Assembly (NCBI GenBank): GCA_041659785.1
Contig: JBAZXO010000001.1
Span: 86,941-150,940, forward strand
From: Minisyncoccota bacterium
GTDB lineage: Bacteria > Patescibacteriota > Minisyncoccia > Phycocordibacterales > UBA9973
Direction of reading: 5' to 3'
DNA length: 64,000 nt
Part shown: piece after piece, positions 27,276 through 37,764 of the stretch
Layout of the letters: each line of letters starts with the position of its first letter
Position numbering within the stretch: position 1 is the first letter of the stretch
Program-made: the position numbers and the translations under genes
The notes under the pieces: generated by a model
The model's input: only the letters and a program-made list of their open reading frames with translations
Told to the model about the DNA's origin: nothing
The model's database searches: none

Positions 27276-28316
27276 TTAAATACTTTTCAAAAATCTTTTT
27301 ATTATTTCTTCTACTTGTTTAGCATTTTCGGTTTCCATTAATTTTACACGGAGTTCTTTTGCCCCCTCGAAGCCATTCACATATGCCTTGAAATGCTTTT
27401 TCATAACTGAGAAATTTTTGTGTTTAGGTTTTGAGAGTTCTTTTTCGAAAACTTCTGTATGCTCCACCATAACTTTCAACTTTTCTTCTAACGAAGGACA
27501 GACCTTCGTTTTTACGAAGGTCTGTCCTTCGTTTTCTTTGTTTTCTATTAAGAAAAACCATGGATTGCCGAAAACTCCTCTTCCTATCATCACCCCATCG
27601 CAGCCGTATTCTAACGCCTTCGCTTCTCCGTCTTCCATACTTGTGATATCTCCATTGCCGATTAGTAAAGTATCTTTGCCACTTTCTTCAATAAGCTTTT
27701 TTACTTTTTTAATATAATCCCAATGAGCAGGAACAAGAGACATCTCTTTTACAGTACGTAGATGAATCGTCAATGCAGAAATGTCCTCTTTTAATAATTC
27801 TGGTATCCATTTATCTATTTCTTCTTTATTGAAGCCGACTCGAGTCTTCACCGATACTGGTATATGCGCACGAGCAGCCTCTATGCCTGCGTGAGCTGCT
27901 TGGATAATCTTCCTCGCTAGCTCTGGAGTCCTGATAAGTGCCGATCCTGCACCTTGCGCTACGACTGATTTATCTGGACAGCCCATATTTATATCTATAC
28001 CGTCGAAGCCAAGGCTAGCGATATACTGGCAAGCCTTTTTCATATTCTCTGGATTAGCACCGAAAACTTGTGCTACGATAGGCCTCTCGTTCTCTGAAAA
28101 TACCAACATGTGGGAGAGTTTCTTCTTGGCGAGCTTATTACACAGACCATCTGCAGCCACGAACTCTGTCCAGAAGACTATCCTGTCTTTGTTTTCTCTA
28201 TTCTTACTGTATTTCGCCAAGATATGACGAAAAGCGATATCAGTGACATCCGACATGGGTGCCAAGCAAAAGAATGGTTTCTTTAATTTTCCCCAAAAAT
28301 TTATTTCATTATTCAT
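27276..28316 (-). CDS. tRNA-dihydrouridine synthase (Dus family)
   Basis: LAPMSDVTD, DINMGCP, SVKTR, GNGDI and GVMIGRG. Confidence 0.93.
   Translation of the reverse strand: MNNEINFWGKLKKPFFCLAPMSDVTDIAFRHILAKYSKNRENKDRIVFWTEFVAADGLCNKLAKKKLSHMLVFSENERPIVAQVFGANPENMKKACQYIASLGFDGIDINMGCPDKSVVAQGAGSALIRTPELARKIIQAAHAGIEAARAHIPVSVKTRVGFNKEEIDKWIPELLKEDISALTIHLRTVKEMSLVPAHWDYIKKVKKLIEESGKDTLLIGNGDITSMEDGEAKALEYGCDGVMIGRGVFGNPWFFLIENKENEGQTFVKTKVCPSLEEKLKVMVEHTEVFEKELSKPKHKNFSVMKKHFKAYVNGFEGAKELRVKLMETENAKQVEEIIKRFLKSI
27490..27533. repeat. Perfect 20-bp inverted repeat inside the dus gene
   Basis: aacgaaggacagaccttcgt-tttt-acgaaggtctgtccttcgtt. Confidence 0.9.
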
Positions 28317-29155
28317 TTGAATTTATCATAAACTTTATTTCCGAAACGTAAATCAATATATTCTAAAGATGAATATTTAGTACTGAACTTTGTTTTAAGT
28401 GGTTCAGCATTTAATGCAGCTTCTAGGTTCTCCGCGACGGTCTGAAAATTAGAATTTATATTGAAAATTATTTTAGGCAGAGAGGCTAACGCTGTATTCC
28501 CTTTCGACAAATATATTTCTGTATCTCCATTGTCCGCTACATAAAGTGCTACAGGTTTTATATTTAGGCTCACAAGAACATCTTTAAATAAAACTAATTG
28601 CTGAAATTTTTGTTTAGAGAAATAAGTACCATCTGTCGAGCCATAAAATTTAAAATAAACTTCTCCAGAGAAATACGGTGCTTCGTCCATGACATAACCA
28701 GTATCATCCAAGAAAAAACATGTTTCATCTGCGGTCGGTAGTGTGGCTCCACACCATGTATATTTCGCCACTCGTTCTGTCAGATCTACTTCTAATATAT
28801 GATTGTTCTTAATAGATAGGTTTATATCTTTAAGCCTTTTAAATTTATCTTGTAGAACATTTTTTATAGCACTCTGTGGGTATAAAAATATATTTGATTT
28901 AGAGAAGAGCCAGAAATATTTCCCCTGGATCTGATCTTCTACAGTGCTCTTTAACATTTCAGTATCTACGACGCTGTTGCCACTTATCTGTACTTCAGTA
29001 ATCTTTACCTTATTGAGGTTCGACAGATAAGCAGCTAAGAAAAAAACAACAAAAAATCCCAACAAAGAGAATAAAATTTTATTTAAAATAGCCCTACGTC
29101 TTTCCTTTTTTAACTCCAAAAGACGCGGAGAATTTAAAACATTTCTTTTCTGCAT
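28313..29155 (-). CDS. FtsQ/DivIB-like cell division protein
   Basis: N-terminal TM helix, POTRA-like region, C-terminal YIDLRFGNKVY. Confidence 0.75.
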   Translation of the reverse strand: MQKRNVLNSPRLLELKKERRRAILNKILFSLLGFFVVFFLAAYLSNLNKVKITEVQISGNSVVDTEMLKSTVEDQIQGKYFWLFSKSNIFLYPQSAIKNVLQDKFKRLKDINLSIKNNHILEVDLTERVAKYTWCGATLPTADETCFFLDDTGYVMDEAPYFSGEVYFKFYGSTDGTYFSKQKFQQLVLFKDVLVSLNIKPVALYVADNGDTEIYLSKGNTALASLPKIIFNINSNFQTVAENLEAALNAEPLKTKFSTKYSSLEYIDLRFGNKVYDKFK

Positions 29156-29185
29156 TCTTTTTACTTTATAAACTTTATAAACTTT

Positions 29186-30496
29186 TTACTTTATGAACTC
29201 TTTTCCGCCCATGTATTTACGTAGAACTTCTGGAATCTTTACTGAACCATCAGCTTGCTGGTAGTTTTCAATAATTGCGATCAATGTACGGCCAAGAGCA
29301 ATAACAGTAGCATCATTCATATGAACGTGCTCTATTTTTCCATCACTTCTGCGTACTCTAGTATTTAAACGACGAGACTGGAAACCTCCAGTAGAATCTG
29401 AGCTATGAGTTTCTCTATATTTGTTTTGCCCTGGCATCCAAGTCTCAATATCTATCTGCCTACTATCTGGAAAGCCCATATCTCCAGTACACACAGCCAC
29501 GACTTGATAAGGTAACTTTAAAGTTTGTAAAACGTATTCCTGAATTGCTACTAGAAAATTTTGTTCTTGCATAGAATTTTCTGGCAATGAAAAAACTTCC
29601 ATCTCTAGTTTATCAAATTGATGCTGACGCAAAATTCCATTTGTATCTTTTCCTGCTGCTCCTGCTTCTCGTCTGAAAGCAGTTGAATATCCAGCATATC
29701 GCACTGGTAATTCCTTTTCTTCAAAAATTTTATTCATGTGCATTGATCCGAGGGTATGCTCTGCGCTCCCGATCAACATCAAATCATCATTGGGAAATAA
29801 ATAATGTTCTTCGGGTGTCATGTATCGTGCCATTTTCATCTGTACAAGTGGTCGGATAAAAACTGGCGGTATGACTGGTAGAAATTTCGAAGGGTTTATG
29901 GATACTTTTGCTTCTTCTGCAATTTTCTTTAATGTTTCTTCATTTGTTAAAATATCTAAACACATTTGGATTAAACCAAATTGCATGATGACTAAGTCAC
30001 CTTTTAAATATGCGTACCTTGAACCCGAAACTTCTCCTGCTGTTTCGGTATCTATTATTCCTAATGCTTTTCCAATTTCGTAGTGTTCTTTAGGTGTGAA
30101 AGAAAATTGTGGTTTTTCTCCCCAATTTCTTATTACTTGGTTTCCACTTTCATCAGGACCAACTGGTGTATCGACAGAAGGAATATTCGGTATTTTCAGC
30201 ATTATTTTCTGCCATTCTTCTATTATATTTTTTAATTTCTCCTCTTTTGCTTTAATATCATCCTTTACGATGCGCATCTCTTCAATGAGTTGAATCTTGA
30301 GTGCAGAATCTTGGTTGCGAGCGATGTCATTTGATACCCTATTAACCTCACTGCGAAGTTCTTCCACTTCTTTGAGTTCTTTTAAGCGTGCATCATCGAG
30401 CGTAATCAACTGCTCGATGTCTATATCTATGTGCTTTTTCTTCGCACCAGCCTGCACAATGTCTTTGTTTTCACGAATAAATTTGATATCTAACAT
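29186..30496 (-). CDS. serS: Serine--tRNA ligase
   Basis: MLDIKFIREN, FRREAG, RQHQFDKLE and ENYQ. Confidence 0.97.
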   Translation of the reverse strand: MLDIKFIRENKDIVQAGAKKKHIDIDIEQLITLDDARLKELKEVEELRSEVNRVSNDIARNQDSALKIQLIEEMRIVKDDIKAKEEKLKNIIEEWQKIMLKIPNIPSVDTPVGPDESGNQVIRNWGEKPQFSFTPKEHYEIGKALGIIDTETAGEVSGSRYAYLKGDLVIMQFGLIQMCLDILTNEETLKKIAEEAKVSINPSKFLPVIPPVFIRPLVQMKMARYMTPEEHYLFPNDDLMLIGSAEHTLGSMHMNKIFEEKELPVRYAGYSTAFRREAGAAGKDTNGILRQHQFDKLEMEVFSLPENSMQEQNFLVAIQEYVLQTLKLPYQVVAVCTGDMGFPDSRQIDIETWMPGQNKYRETHSSDSTGGFQSRRLNTRVRRSDGKIEHVHMNDATVIALGRTLIAIIENYQQADGSVKIPEVLRKYMGGKEFIK

Positions 30497-30567
30497 ATAT
30501 AGAGTATATAATATAATTCGTATCTTGAAAAGCAGAATATATCTTTTTCTGCTTTTTTAGTTAATTT

Positions 30568-31428
30568 ATGAAAATTCAAAAACTTCCGAAAAATAATTTT
30601 CCGAAAGCATTATTAGAAATTCCCCAACCACCGAAAGATCTATGGACTATGGGTGAATTGCCACCCGAAAATTTAGTTTACCTTTGCGTTGTTGGTTCAA
30701 GAAAATTTACTTCATATGGCCGCGATGCTTGTGAAAAGATAATAGGAGGACTTAAAGGTTATCCAATAGTAATAGTTTCTGGACTTGCTATGGGCATCGA
30801 TGCTATCGCTCACAAGAAAGCATTGTCTGTGGGACTGCGAGCTTTAGTATTTCCTGGCTCAGGATTATCACCAGAAGCAATGTATCCAAAAACGAATGTA
30901 AAATTAGCAGAAGAGATTTTTGAAAATGGAGGATGTTTTATCTCAGAGTTTGAGCCTGATTTCAAGGCAACGTTGTGGAGCTTCGGAAGAAGAAATAGGC
31001 TCATGGCAGGAATATCTAAAGCTACTCTTATTATAGAAGCCGAGGAAAGGTCTGGTACACTCATAACAGCCAGACTTGCCACAGAATACAATAGAGATGT
31101 ATTAGTTGTACCCGGATCAATTTTCTCTCCAAATTCCAAAGGGGTAAATAAATTATTACATCAGGGGGCTACGCCCGTTACTTGCAGTGAAGAAGTGTTA
31201 GAAGCACTTGGCTTCGAACTTCCAAAGAATAAAGAAAAACAAGCTAAACTCTTTTCAGATTTACTTCCTGAAGAAAAAATGGTTACTGTAATACTGCGTG
31301 AACCTGTCCCTCGTGATGAACTAATCCGTGCGATGAAAATGCCCACACCGACAGCAAATGCACTCCTCTCTGCTATGGAAATAAAGGGACTCATAAAAGA
31401 AGAAATGGGTGAAATTAAGTTGACTTAA
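30568..31428 (+). CDS. dprA: DNA-processing protein DprA
   Basis: VVGSR, SGLAMGID..AH, RNRLMAG and SGTLITA. Confidence 0.95.
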   Translation: MKIQKLPKNNFPKALLEIPQPPKDLWTMGELPPENLVYLCVVGSRKFTSYGRDACEKIIGGLKGYPIVIVSGLAMGIDAIAHKKALSVGLRALVFPGSGLSPEAMYPKTNVKLAEEIFENGGCFISEFEPDFKATLWSFGRRNRLMAGISKATLIIEAEERSGTLITARLATEYNRDVLVVPGSIFSPNSKGVNKLLHQGATPVTCSEEVLEALGFELPKNKEKQAKLFSDLLPEEKMVTVILREPVPRDELIRAMKMPTPTANALLSAMEIKGLIKEEMGEIKLT

Positions 31429-31469
31429 ATTTGCGTTTAAAAACATTTTCGTGTAATACTTGCTAAACA

Positions 31470-33707
31470 ATGAAATTATTAATTGTCGAATCACCATCGA
31501 AAGCGAAGACTATTGAGAAATATCTCGAAGGCGCTTCCTCCTCTCCGGCGGATAAATTTACTGTGCGCGCATCTGTCGGACACATTCGTGATTTACCAAA
31601 ATCAAATAAACAAGCTATCGACATAGACGGTGGATTCATTCCGCATTATGAAATTTCAAAAGGTAAAGAAAAGATTGTTCACGAACTCCAAGGACTCGCA
31701 GAAAAAGCAACGGAAGTATTACTCGCTACAGACCCTGACCGTGAAGGAGAAGCTATCGCTTGGCACATAGAGACATTACTTAAACAAGATAAGAAAGTTA
31801 AGGCGCCTATATCAAGAGTAACTTTTCACGAGATTACGAAAGAAGCCGTCGAAGAAGCAATCAAGGCTCCAAGGAAAATTGATACAGATTTACGTAAAGC
31901 TCAAGAAGCACGTAGAGTGCTAGATAGACTCGTCGGATACGATTTGAGTGGACTTATATGGAAAAAGGTTCGATACGGACTTTCTGCAGGCCGAGTTCAA
32001 TCCCCTGCACTTCGTATAATAATGGAACGTGAAAGAGAAATTCGTGCTTTTGTGCCTGAAAAATTTTGGAAAATATTAGGACTTTTCGAAACATCAAAGA
32101 AAGATAAAATCACACTCACTTGTTCCGAAGAGCCACGAGAAGAAAAGTTATTTGAGAAAATAATGACCGAGGGCAAAAAAGGTTCTTGGATAGTTAAAGG
32201 AGTAAAAGAGTCCGAACAAAAGAGGTCTCCTCGTGCACCATTTACTACCTCTACTCTCCAACAAACAGCCTCTTCACGACTTGGATATTCTCCTTCACGC
32301 ACGATGCAGATAGCTCAGAAGCTCTACGAGGCTGGACACATCACATATATGAGAACAGACAGTACAAATTTGTCAGCTGTTGCAGTATCTCAGATTTTAG
32401 CATTCGTAAAAAAAGAATACGGAGAAAATTATGCTGAAGCTAGAATTTATAAAACTAAATCAAAAAATGCTCAAGAAGCACATGAAGCTATCCGCCCTAC
32501 ACATATAGAAAAGCTGCAAGCTGGCACAGATGACCAAAGCAAACTCTATAGACTCATCTGGGAACGAGCTATCTCTTCACAAATGACAGAAGCGAAATTA
32601 CTTAAGACGAAAATCACTGCAATAGTAGAGGGCCATGATGATATACCAGAATTCGGAGCAGTCGGATCTCGATTACTTTTCCCAGGATGGCTCGCTGTAG
32701 ATACTGGAGCACGAGGCGAAGACGTAGAACTTCCTTTATGTGAAGAAGGAGAAAAATTAAAATTACTTGGCTTAAGCGGAGAAGAAAAGTATACCGAGCC
32801 TCTAGGAAGATATTCTGAAGCAGGACTCATTAAAGAACTCGAAGCACGAGGCATCGGCCGACCTTCTACTTATGCTTCTATTATGCGAACGATAGAAGAC
32901 CGAGGTTATGTACGAAAAGAAGGTAAAACTCTCTTCCCTACTGATGTCGGTGAAGTCGTGTCTGATTTCTTAGAAGCACATTTTGCAAATTATATTTCAG
33001 ATACATTTACTGCTGAGATGGAAGATGAGCTCGATGAAATATCTCGTGGTGAGCGTGAGTATGAGAAAACATTGAAAGATTTCTATATACCATTTCTCAA
33101 AGAAATAAAAATTAAAGAAAAATTAGAAAAAGCTACAAACCTAGGTGATGCACCAGAAAATATAAAATGCCCTAAATGTGGTAGCTCGATGATCATCAAG
33201 CTTTCTCGAGGAGGTAAATTTTATTCTTGTTCTAAGTATCCAGAATGTGATGGAGCACTGATGCTCGACGGCACAGAATTAAAAGGTCCTGAAGAAACAG
33301 GAGAAATGTGTCCACTCTGTGGCGAGAAAAAAGGTAAATCCGGTGGTGGTAAGCTCGTCATCAAAGAAAGACGCGACGGTACAGGTACATTTATTTCTTG
33401 TTCACGTTATCCTAAGTGTAAATTTATTAAAAAAGACGAAGCCGAAGAAGCCAGAAAACGCACTGGAGTGATGTGTCCAGTTTGTAAAACAGGAGACATA
33501 TCCGAGAGACGTGGAAGATTCGGAATATTTTATTCTTGTTCAAATTATCCTGATTGTAAATTTGCTATTAAAGCAAAACCCACTGGAAATATATGTAAGG
33601 AGTGCGGCAGTCTAATGATGGAAGGTACGAAAACTATCCCTGAACGTTGTTCAAACAAAGCTTGCAAGATGCATAATCCTCATAAAATACCTAAAATAGA
33701 AGCCTAA
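31470..33707 (+). CDS. topA: DNA topoisomerase I
   Basis: IVESPSKAK, ATDPDREGE, SAGRVQS, ITYMRTDS; C-terminal zinc ribbons. Confidence 0.97.
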   Translation: MKLLIVESPSKAKTIEKYLEGASSSPADKFTVRASVGHIRDLPKSNKQAIDIDGGFIPHYEISKGKEKIVHELQGLAEKATEVLLATDPDREGEAIAWHIETLLKQDKKVKAPISRVTFHEITKEAVEEAIKAPRKIDTDLRKAQEARRVLDRLVGYDLSGLIWKKVRYGLSAGRVQSPALRIIMEREREIRAFVPEKFWKILGLFETSKKDKITLTCSEEPREEKLFEKIMTEGKKGSWIVKGVKESEQKRSPRAPFTTSTLQQTASSRLGYSPSRTMQIAQKLYEAGHITYMRTDSTNLSAVAVSQILAFVKKEYGENYAEARIYKTKSKNAQEAHEAIRPTHIEKLQAGTDDQSKLYRLIWERAISSQMTEAKLLKTKITAIVEGHDDIPEFGAVGSRLLFPGWLAVDTGARGEDVELPLCEEGEKLKLLGLSGEEKYTEPLGRYSEAGLIKELEARGIGRPSTYASIMRTIEDRGYVRKEGKTLFPTDVGEVVSDFLEAHFANYISDTFTAEMEDELDEISRGEREYEKTLKDFYIPFLKEIKIKEKLEKATNLGDAPENIKCPKCGSSMIIKLSRGGKFYSCSKYPECDGALMLDGTELKGPEETGEMCPLCGEKKGKSGGGKLVIKERRDGTGTFISCSRYPKCKFIKKDEAEEARKRTGVMCPVCKTGDISERRGRFGIFYSCSNYPDCKFAIKAKPTGNICKECGSLMMEGTKTIPERCSNKACKMHNPHKIPKIEA

Positions 33708-33750
33708 AATAGGATTTTTAGAAGCCTTGCACCCGTGCTATAATCCCAGC

Positions 33751-35220
33751 ATGGCAGATGTAAAGGAGTTAATAGCACTTATCGGCCCCGGAATAAGTAA
33801 GAAAGAAGAAGAACTTATAGAAAAAGCTTATAAGTTTGCTGAAAAAGCGCATTCTACACAAAAAAGATTGAGCGGTGAACCATATTTCATTCACGTTTTC
33901 GAAACTGCAAAGAATTTAGCAAACCTCGGTATGGATACACCGACCATTGTCGCAGGATTACTCCACGATGTATTAGAAGACACTCCTACACCAGAAGAAG
34001 TAATCAAAAAAGAATTCGGTGATGATATTTTGTTTTTAATAAAAGGTGTCACTAAACTTGGAACCTTAAAATATCGTGGACACGAGAGACATGTAGAATC
34101 TTTGCGTAAATTTTTCGTTGCGATGGCAAATGACTTGCGGGTAGTCATCATAAAATTTGCTGACAGACTTCATAATCTAAAAACTTTACAATATGTACCC
34201 GAAGAAAAAAGACAACGCATAGCCATAGAGTCTATCGAAGTATACGCTCCCCTTGCGAACCGCCTCGGAATGGGAAAGCTCAAAGGTGAGATCGAGGATG
34301 CTGCTTTTCCGTATGCTTACCCTAAAGAATACGCTCAAGTAGAAGAAATAATTAAAGAGAAACAAGAATCATATCAAAAAAATCTTAAAGAAGTTCATGA
34401 AGAGCTCGTAAAAGAATTAAAGAAAAATAAAGTAAAGTTTATTGAAATTGACTACCGAATGAAACATAAATACAGTCTTTACAAAAAACTTGTAAAGTAT
34501 GATTTCGATTTAGAAAAAATACACGACATCGTTGCTCTTCGTGTCGTTGTTAACACGCTAGAAGAATGTTACCAGGTATTGGGCCTAGTTCACTCTATCT
34601 GGAATCCACTTCCTGGTAGAATAAAAGATTACATCGCACTACCAAAGCCGAACGGTTATCGTTCTATTCATACCACTATCTTTACTGGACTCGGAGGAAT
34701 TGCAGAAATTCAGATAAGAACGAAGGACATGCATGCTGAGGCTGCTTATGGTATCGCTGCACACTTCGCTTATAAAGAACAAGGTGTAAAAAAAGTTAAA
34801 GGTGACAAGGATAAATTTAAATGGATTGAAGAATTAAAAGAATTAAATTACAACCCAGATGATCCTAAGAATTTTATTGATCACCTCAAGATGGACTTTT
34901 TCAATGACCGTATTTTCGTCTTTACCCCAGAGGGAGACGTCGTGGACTTACCAGAGGACTCAACTCCGATAGATTTCGCTTACTCTATTCATACAGACAT
35001 TGGAGATCATATATTTGGAGCTAAAATAAACAGAAAAATGTCTCAAATTTTTACCAAATTAAAAAATGGAGACATCGTAGAGATATCAACTAGAAAAGAT
35101 TCTAAACCATCTGGTAAGTGGCTTGAGTTTGTCAAAACAACTGTCGCAAAAAAACACATAAAATCATATCTAGAAAAAAACAGCTTGCTCTCGAAGCTTA
35201 TGTCTTTCGGACGTAATTAA
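33751..35220 (+). CDS. rel: RelA/SpoT family (p)ppGpp synthetase/hydrolase (HD-SYNTH-TGS, short form)
   Basis: HDVLED, KFADRLHN, NGYRSIHT, EIQIRT and a TGS domain. Start set at MADVK. Confidence 0.93.
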   Translation: MADVKELIALIGPGISKKEEELIEKAYKFAEKAHSTQKRLSGEPYFIHVFETAKNLANLGMDTPTIVAGLLHDVLEDTPTPEEVIKKEFGDDILFLIKGVTKLGTLKYRGHERHVESLRKFFVAMANDLRVVIIKFADRLHNLKTLQYVPEEKRQRIAIESIEVYAPLANRLGMGKLKGEIEDAAFPYAYPKEYAQVEEIIKEKQESYQKNLKEVHEELVKELKKNKVKFIEIDYRMKHKYSLYKKLVKYDFDLEKIHDIVALRVVVNTLEECYQVLGLVHSIWNPLPGRIKDYIALPKPNGYRSIHTTIFTGLGGIAEIQIRTKDMHAEAAYGIAAHFAYKEQGVKKVKGDKDKFKWIEELKELNYNPDDPKNFIDHLKMDFFNDRIFVFTPEGDVVDLPEDSTPIDFAYSIHTDIGDHIFGAKINRKMSQIFTKLKNGDIVEISTRKDSKPSGKWLEFVKTTVAKKHIKSYLEKNSLLSKLMSFGRN

Positions 35221-35230
35221 ATTTGTGTGA

Positions 35231-36259
35231 TTAAACGCTAAATTTAGAAATATTGTACAAATCAGTATCATCTTTTTCTGTTTCTTCTTTTGTTCTGTCG
35301 TCGAGAGGAGCTTCTTCTGCTATAGCTACTTCTTCTGTCGGACGTTGGGCGTCCGAATTTTCTTCAGGTGTTTTTGTTATAGTATTTTGCGCAATATAAT
35401 TCTCCATCATTTCCGTTGGATTTTTTTGTATCTCTCCCTTATGAATTAGGTCTAGAATTGTACGCAAGTCTTCAGTAGAAAAGAAATCGATTTTAATTTG
35501 TCCACCGAGCTCTTTCCTATCTATATGTACGCGAGTGCCGAGCTTTTCTTGGAATTCTTCTTCGAGCTCAGATATCTCTGGATCAGGCATAAATTCTTTC
35601 TTACGGACACGGTCATAAGCAATCTTACGAGCTAATCTTTCTGCTTCACGAACGGTTATCTTTTTATATACAATTTCTTTAAATAAAACTAATTGCTCTT
35701 CTGGATGATCTGCGAGCATTAATATTGGTCTGGTGTGCCCCTCTGTAATCTTGCCTTCTGATAGAGCATTCAAAATTTCTTCAGGTAAGGTTAAAATACG
35801 TAAAGAGTTGGATACGTATTCCCTGCTTCTGCCCATTTTTTTGGCAATTTCGGCATGAGTAAATTTAAATTCGCTGACTAATCGAAGGAAAGCTCGTGCG
35901 CGATCGACAGCATTTAAGTCTTCGCGTTGTAAGTTTTCAATAATTGCAAGCTCAAGCTTCATTATCGCTGTGTCTCCTGTGCGAATGACCACAGGTACTT
36001 GTGAGACTTGAGCTAATTTTGCTGCACGAAGTCTGCGTTCTCCTGCAATCAATTCATATTCTGTAACAAGTCCACCTCCACCTTCTTTCTCGAGCTCTAC
36101 ACGAGAGACGATAAGTGGCTGAAGGACTCCGTATTGTTTTATTGAGTCAGCTAAATCTTGAAGTCTGGCTTCATCGAAATCTCGCCTTGGCTGAAAGGGG
36201 TTTGGTTTTATTTTATCGGTGTCAATCCAGAAAATTGAATTGGAATATAAATTAGACAT
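35231..36259 (-). CDS. parB: ParB/Spo0J partition protein
   Basis: PNPFQPR, IAGERRLRA and ENLQREDL. Confidence 0.94.
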   Translation of the reverse strand: MSNLYSNSIFWIDTDKIKPNPFQPRRDFDEARLQDLADSIKQYGVLQPLIVSRVELEKEGGGGLVTEYELIAGERRLRAAKLAQVSQVPVVIRTGDTAIMKLELAIIENLQREDLNAVDRARAFLRLVSEFKFTHAEIAKKMGRSREYVSNSLRILTLPEEILNALSEGKITEGHTRPILMLADHPEEQLVLFKEIVYKKITVREAERLARKIAYDRVRKKEFMPDPEISELEEEFQEKLGTRVHIDRKELGGQIKIDFFSTEDLRTILDLIHKGEIQKNPTEMMENYIAQNTITKTPEENSDAQRPTEEVAIAEEAPLDDRTKEETEKDDTDLYNISKFSV

Positions 36260-36342
36260 GGATTGATTCTAGCATATTTTTTTTAAAAATATAATTGATT
36301 TTATGCTGAATATGAAGTAAAATGTTGAAACGGTGTGGATAA

Positions 36343-36426
36343 GCCCGGGTGGCGGAATTGGTAGACGCGATAGACTCAAAATCTATTGTTGGCAACAACA
36401 TGAGAGTTCGATTCTCTCCCCGGGCA
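36343..36426 (+). tRNA. tRNA-Leu(CAA)
   Basis: GCCCGGG/CCCGGGC acceptor stem, anticodon loop CTCAAAA, long variable arm, GTTCGATTC. Confidence 0.95.
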
Positions 36427-36432
36427 CATTTT

Positions 36433-37764
36433 ATGAAAAATAAAAAAGCACAATTAAGTAATTCGATTGATTTCCAAGTAAATGGTGGGAAGAAATTGAG
36501 CGGGAGTATTAAAACAAACTTTTCTAAAAATGGTTCTGTCGGACTTTTGTGTGCTTCACTTTTAAACAAGGGCACGACTACCCTACACGGTATTGCAAGA
36601 ATCGAAGAAGTAAATAGAGTTATTGAAATTTTAGAAAGCATCGGAGTGAAGGTTAAATGGAGTGACAAAAATACAGTTATAATTACTCCGCCCAAGAAAT
36701 TTAATTTAAAAAATATAAATGTTGAGTCAGCTATTAGGACTCGCTCTGTCGTAATGTTGATAGGGCCCTTGGTTCACTACCTTTCTTCTTTTTCTCTACC
36801 TCACGCGCAGGGATGCAATCTAGGTAAACGTACAATCGCTGCGCATATTTATGCTTTAGAAGAATTCGGTATAAAAATAAAAACTACCTCAATAGATTAT
36901 GAAATTACTGCCAAGAAATTAAAGCCAACAGAGATAGTAATGTATGAAACTGGAGAAACTGCTTGTGAGAACACTCTGTTCGCTGCAGCCTTGATCGATG
37001 GGGCTACCACCATAAGCTTCATGAGTAATAATTATATGGTTCAAGAAATTTGTTTCTTCCTTGAGACTCTCGGAGTAAAAATCGATGGCGTTGGAACTTC
37101 TACTCTAGTCGTTCATGGAGTTAAAGAAATAAACAAAAATGTTGAATATTGGAATAGTGAAGACCCCATAGAATCTATGATGTTTATTTCGGCTTGTATT
37201 GTTACAGACTCAAAACTCACCATAACCAGATGTCCAATCGACTTCCTTTCCCTAGAACTTGAAAAATTACGCAGGATGCATTTAAAATTTAAGATCTTAA
37301 AGAGATATTATTCTTACAACGGCCGTACGAAGCTCGCTGATATAGAAATTTTCCCAAGTAAATTGATAGCACTTCAAGATAAAATACACGCCAATATTTA
37401 CCCTGGAATCAATATCGACAATCTTCCATTTTTCGTACCTATCGCAATAAAAGCAAAAGGTCAGACAATGATTCATGACTGGTTCTATGAAGTACGAATG
37501 ATATATATGACAGAATTGAATCGCCTTGGTGCAAACATAAACCTCACAGATCCGCATCGCCTCTATATCCAAGGTGGCACACCATTAAAAGCCGCTCAGG
37601 TTGTCTGTCCTCCAGCACTTCGTCCGTCGATGGTTATCCTCATTTCAATGCTCGGAGCTCCTGGAACTTCAATCCTTAGAAATGTCTATATGATAAATCG
37701 TGGCTATGAAGAAATAGCAAAACGTCTAAACTCTATTGGTGCAGATATTAAAATACTAAAGTAA
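36433..37764 (+). CDS. murA: UDP-N-acetylglucosamine 1-carboxyvinyltransferase
   Basis: SKN, GCNLGKR (catalytic Cys loop) and RGYE. Start placed after the tRNA. Confidence 0.93.
   Translation: MKNKKAQLSNSIDFQVNGGKKLSGSIKTNFSKNGSVGLLCASLLNKGTTTLHGIARIEEVNRVIEILESIGVKVKWSDKNTVIITPPKKFNLKNINVESAIRTRSVVMLIGPLVHYLSSFSLPHAQGCNLGKRTIAAHIYALEEFGIKIKTTSIDYEITAKKLKPTEIVMYETGETACENTLFAAALIDGATTISFMSNNYMVQEICFFLETLGVKIDGVGTSTLVVHGVKEINKNVEYWNSEDPIESMMFISACIVTDSKLTITRCPIDFLSLELEKLRRMHLKFKILKRYYSYNGRTKLADIEIFPSKLIALQDKIHANIYPGINIDNLPFFVPIAIKAKGQTMIHDWFYEVRMIYMTELNRLGANINLTDPHRLYIQGGTPLKAAQVVCPPALRPSMVILISMLGAPGTSILRNVYMINRGYEEIAKRLNSIGADIKILK

Noticed and set aside
36349-36432. 28-aa N-terminal extension of MurA in the ORF track
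   Set aside because: It is a translation of tRNA-Leu(CAA); the plausible start is ATG 36433.
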